A stretch of DNA of 45,996 nucleotides from Thermoflexus hugenholtzii JAD2 (GTDB lineage Bacteria; Chloroflexota; Limnocylindria; Limnocylindrales; Limnocylindraceae): contig CAMAXG010000003.1 in assembly GCA_945862225.1 (NCBI GenBank), forward strand, positions 1 through 45,996, read 5' to 3'. Positions within the stretch are counted from its first letter, which is position 1. Each line of letters opens with the position of its first letter. A program made the translations under genes and the position numbers. A model generated the notes under the pieces. That model searched no databases. It saw nothing but the letters and a program-made list of their open reading frames with translations, and was not told where the DNA came from. Shown here one piece after another: positions 43,399 through 45,996 of the stretch.

Positions 43399-44391
43399 AT
43401 GAACCGTGCTCACCACCCCCGGCCACCCATGCGCGTCGTGCCCCTTCTCGCGCTGATTCTTGGTGCCTCGGTCCTGGGGGCCGCCCTTCCCGGGGGTGGG
43501 GTCGTGGCGGCGGGCGTTGCCCCGCACACGGTTGTAGTGCCCCCCATCACCGCCTGCTCAGAAATCAACAAGCGCAAGATCATCATCACGCGCACATCGA
43601 TCGGCATTCAAGGGGCAGTGACCACCAAGAACTGGCGCACAAGCCAATGGGCTACCTCCGTTCTTGACCCCATGTACCGCCTCTCGTCGAGCTATAAGCC
43701 AACGAACCTCGTCGCTATCACCTGGCGCGGCGTCATCAGCCCCAAAGGTGGATACCTGTTGAAGCGCGAGGCGGCCCAAGCGCTCAGCGCCATGTTCATC
43801 GAGGCCAAGGTCAGCAACATCTCGCTGAAGATCCTCTCCGCATATCGCTCATACGCCACGCAGAGAGCCACCTTTGCGAAGTGGGTGGCGCAATCTGGGC
43901 TGCAGCAGGCTCGAAAGTACAGCGCCGTTCCTGGGCACTCTGAGCATCAGCTTGGCACGACCGTTGACCTTGGAAGTCTCACCGGAGTGGCCTGGAGTAA
44001 TCCAAAATTCCCCACGTCGCCAACAGCACTCTGGCTTGAATCAAACGCATACAAATTCGGATTCGTTCGTTCGTATCCGGCAGGTTCAGCGAACATCGCG
44101 CTGAGTTGCTACGGCGCAGAGGCGTGGCACTGGCGCTACGTTGGCAAAGATCTCGCCTACGAGATCGTCTGCAGCGCGCAAGTCCCACGCATCTTTTTGT
44201 GGAACCGCCAAAACGGCGGGGATCGCGTGATTGGCCCCGCATGTGATTCGTTCACGCCGCCAGATGGCTACGTGTTGCCAAGCCCAAGCGTGTCGCCACC
44301 AGCGAGTGAGACGCCGAGTGAGACGCCGAGCGAATCGCCGACTGAGTCGCCGACTCCGTCGCCTACTGGTTCGGAGCCGACTCCGCCGTAG
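43399..44391 (+). CDS. M15B D-Ala-D-Ala carboxypeptidase (VanY-like), secreted
   Basis: SAYRSY..Q, PGHSEHQLG..DL and EAWHWRYVG. The start is uncertain (43399 follows CAAACT by 6 nt). Confidence 0.88.
   Translation: MNRAHHPRPPMRVVPLLALILGASVLGAALPGGGVVAAGVAPHTVVVPPITACSEINKRKIIITRTSIGIQGAVTTKNWRTSQWATSVLDPMYRLSSSYKPTNLVAITWRGVISPKGGYLLKREAAQALSAMFIEAKVSNISLKILSAYRSYATQRATFAKWVAQSGLQQARKYSAVPGHSEHQLGTTVDLGSLTGVAWSNPKFPTSPTALWLESNAYKFGFVRSYPAGSANIALSCYGAEAWHWRYVGKDLAYEIVCSAQVPRIFLWNRQNGGDRVIGPACDSFTPPDGYVLPSPSVSPPASETPSETPSESPTESPTPSPTGSEPTPP
44302..44373 (+). repeat. Degenerate 12 bp coding tandem repeat, about 6 units (PSET/PSES/PTES tail)
   Basis: GCGAGTGAGACG CCGAGTGAGACG CCGAGCGAATCG CCGACTGAGTCG CCGACTCCGTCG CCTACTGGTTCG. 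Confidence 0.75.
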
Positions 44392-45121
44392 TCTCCTGGC
44401 CACGTCGATAGACGAGTGCGGCTACGAGTAGCGCGAGAAGTAGGACCGGCATGGTCGCCCCTGGGAAGAGCGTGCGTACCACCGCGACGGGCGTGTGAAT
44501 AGCGGCAGGCAGAAGAAGCCCGCGGCCAATCGCGCGTGGTCCACCGCCACGAACCACCGCGCGCAGCACGATCACCGTAAGGAGCGCGTGGAGTCCAAGC
44601 ATCAGTGCACCCTGAGCAACCAGCAGCGCCGCAGAGAAGAGCGTTTGGCTGGCGAGGAAGACTGCGACCGCCTGCACCTTCTCGGTGACTTCGGCATCCA
44701 GGCCGACGAAGATGCTGCCGTCTCTAATGCCGCTAAGAATGATGACCGCCGAGAGTGTTGGAATCAGTGAGCTCGTCAACAGGTCAATCGCGCCGTGTCC
44801 GAATCCGAAGGCCGTGCTCGGCCTCGTGTCGCGAACGCCTCGTGCGGCGGTAGAAAGAATGATCGCGCGGCTTGCCTCTTGCAGCGGCGCACTCGTAAAC
44901 GCCGCGATGAGTGGGCCAAAGAGAAAGAGGGTCACAACTTGTGCAGTCTGGCTCAACACGAACGAGACGCCGCCAAGCGCCCAGCCGTTCAGTGAACGCG
45001 CCCAGGTGGCGGCAGCGACTGCGCTGCCGACGATCAGAAGGCCAACGCCGACGAGGGCAAAAGTGAAGGCAGCGGAGGCTGCCTCAAGCGCTGCGGATGA
45101 TGGGAGATCGACCGTGATCAC
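44363..45121 (-). CDS. YhfC/PrsW-like intramembrane protease family protein (degenerate motifs)
   Basis: LQEASR, GFGHGAID, HALLT and AIH; GTGA overlap with the SdpI-family gene. Confidence 0.65.
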   Translation of the reverse strand: MITVDLPSSAALEAASAAFTFALVGVGLLIVGSAVAAATWARSLNGWALGGVSFVLSQTAQVVTLFLFGPLIAAFTSAPLQEASRAIILSTAARGVRDTRPSTAFGFGHGAIDLLTSSLIPTLSAVIILSGIRDGSIFVGLDAEVTEKVQAVAVFLASQTLFSAALLVAQGALMLGLHALLTVIVLRAVVRGGGPRAIGRGLLLPAAIHTPVAVVRTLFPGATMPVLLLALLVAALVYRRGQETTAESAPNQ

Positions 45122-45795
45122 CGGCGGCGTTTCGTGCGCGGCGACCTCGGTTCACGACTCCAAACGCGATAGGCAACGAAGACGGTGCCGACCACGCTGA
45201 GCGTCAAGCCAACCAGCAGCGTGAGGATTGCCGCTGCACTAAGGCCGAGGTAGCCGAGGAGCGCCGTGGCGACCCCGACAAGAATCCAAATGCCGCCGAT
45301 GAATCGGTGTGACGCATCCCACGCCGCCTCGCTCTCAATCGTCCAGGGGAGGCGCACACCAATGGTGTAGTTCTGGCGAATGTTCGGCATGGCGTAGCCA
45401 AAGATGGCGAAGAGGGCGCCAGCAGCGACAGGCACCGCATGATCGAGTCGCGCCGCCTCGCCGAATCCTGAGTTGATGATTGCCGACTGCGTGACGGCAA
45501 CCAGCAGGGAGAGAGCGACAACAACCAGACCGAGAGAATCGGCGCTGCGCGCGATATTGACGCGCTTCGGGTCGTAGCGCACCGCGAGCCAGAGCAGGCC
45601 GCCGACCAGAGCCGTGGTGATCGGAACGAATAAGAGCGCCTCTCGGCCGGCGAAGCCGTCAGCAACACCGTTGATGTTCCAGTGAATCGCTAGCACTGCG
45701 TCGGCAGGGAGCTGCAGGAAGGCTGCAAGCGTGAAGAAGGCGGTGGCGGCCAAGGCGACCGTGCTGACCGCTCGTGCGAGTGGGTTGAGCTCCAT
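45118..45795 (-). CDS. SdpI family immunity-like membrane protein (DUF1648 + SdpI)
   Basis: LP..LAIHWNINGVADG and NYTIGVRLPWTIESEAAWDASHRF.G. Confidence 0.85.
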   Translation of the reverse strand: MELNPLARAVSTVALAATAFFTLAAFLQLPADAVLAIHWNINGVADGFAGREALLFVPITTALVGGLLWLAVRYDPKRVNIARSADSLGLVVVALSLLVAVTQSAIINSGFGEAARLDHAVPVAAGALFAIFGYAMPNIRQNYTIGVRLPWTIESEAAWDASHRFIGGIWILVGVATALLGYLGLSAAAILTLLVGLTLSVVGTVFVAYRVWSREPRSPRTKRRR

Positions 45796-45801
45796 TCGGG
45801 C

Positions 45802-45996
45802 CTAGAGCCCCTTCACTTCGGTGACGACCTGGGAGAGGACGCTCTTAGCGTCGCCGAAGAGCATCGACGTCTTGTCGAGGTAGAAGAGCTCGTTCTCAAT
45901 GCCGGCGAAGCCGGTGGCCATGCCGCGCTTCACGACAATGACCTGCTCGGCGTCCTGCACGTTGAGGATCGGCATGCCGTAGATCGGCGAGCCTGG
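45802..45996 (-). CDS. pntB: NAD(P) transhydrogenase beta subunit, C-terminal 64 aa (truncated by window)
   Basis: Own translation: PGSPIYGMPILNVQDAEQVIVVKRGMATGFAGIENELFYLDKTSMLFGDAKSVL...GL-stop. Confidence 0.93.
   Translation of the reverse strand, partial: PGSPIYGMPILNVQDAEQVIVVKRGMATGFAGIENELFYLDKTSMLFGDAKSVLSQVVTEVKGL

Noticed and set aside
24686-44391. VanZ-like and VanY-like genes as a glycopeptide resistance cluster
   Set aside because: They are about 18 kb apart with no vanHAX or vanRS, and both families are widespread outside resistance loci.

Overview
A 46 kb, GC-rich, densely coded stretch of bacterial chromosome. No integrase, transposase, prophage or CRISPR array is visible. 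The gene content (sortase-like protein, lipoproteins, leaderless genes, TrpB2) suggests a monoderm high-GC organism, possibly a freshwater Chloroflexota such as Limnocylindria, but the taxonomy is inferred only. The window holds about 47 conventional CDSs and tRNA-Thr(CGT). These include pirin, LysE, a divergent MarR/LUD pair, a DUF62 SAM hydrolase, a polar amino acid ABC transporter, nucleoside hydrolase, MFS, AI-2E, DmpA, TrmH, GH18, a serine hydrolase fusion, P450, cysK-cysE, nhaA, trpB2-DUF1015, a CstR-type persulfide locus, a wbpA/B/D/E/I-like sugar pathway, TerC, an M15 carboxypeptidase, SdpI/YhfC and the 3' end of pntB. Five signals stand out. (1) trpB2 is followed directly by a DUF1015 gene with motifs resembling the SerK/SbnI serine kinases, suggesting a phosphoserine-fed indole salvage module. 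(2) Short uORFs below the ORF-track cutoff lie upstream of four operons: a Cys-containing one before cysK-cysE, an Arg-rich one before the amino acid ABC transporter, and ATGA-coupled ones before an ABC exporter and a P450. (3) A sortase-fold protein has Ser and Lys in place of the catalytic Cys and Arg. (4) Palindromic operators are readable for MarR and CstR. (5) TANNNT boxes sit 6-7 nt before start codons throughout, indicating widespread leaderless genes. All family calls come from motif recognition by eye; no searches were run.
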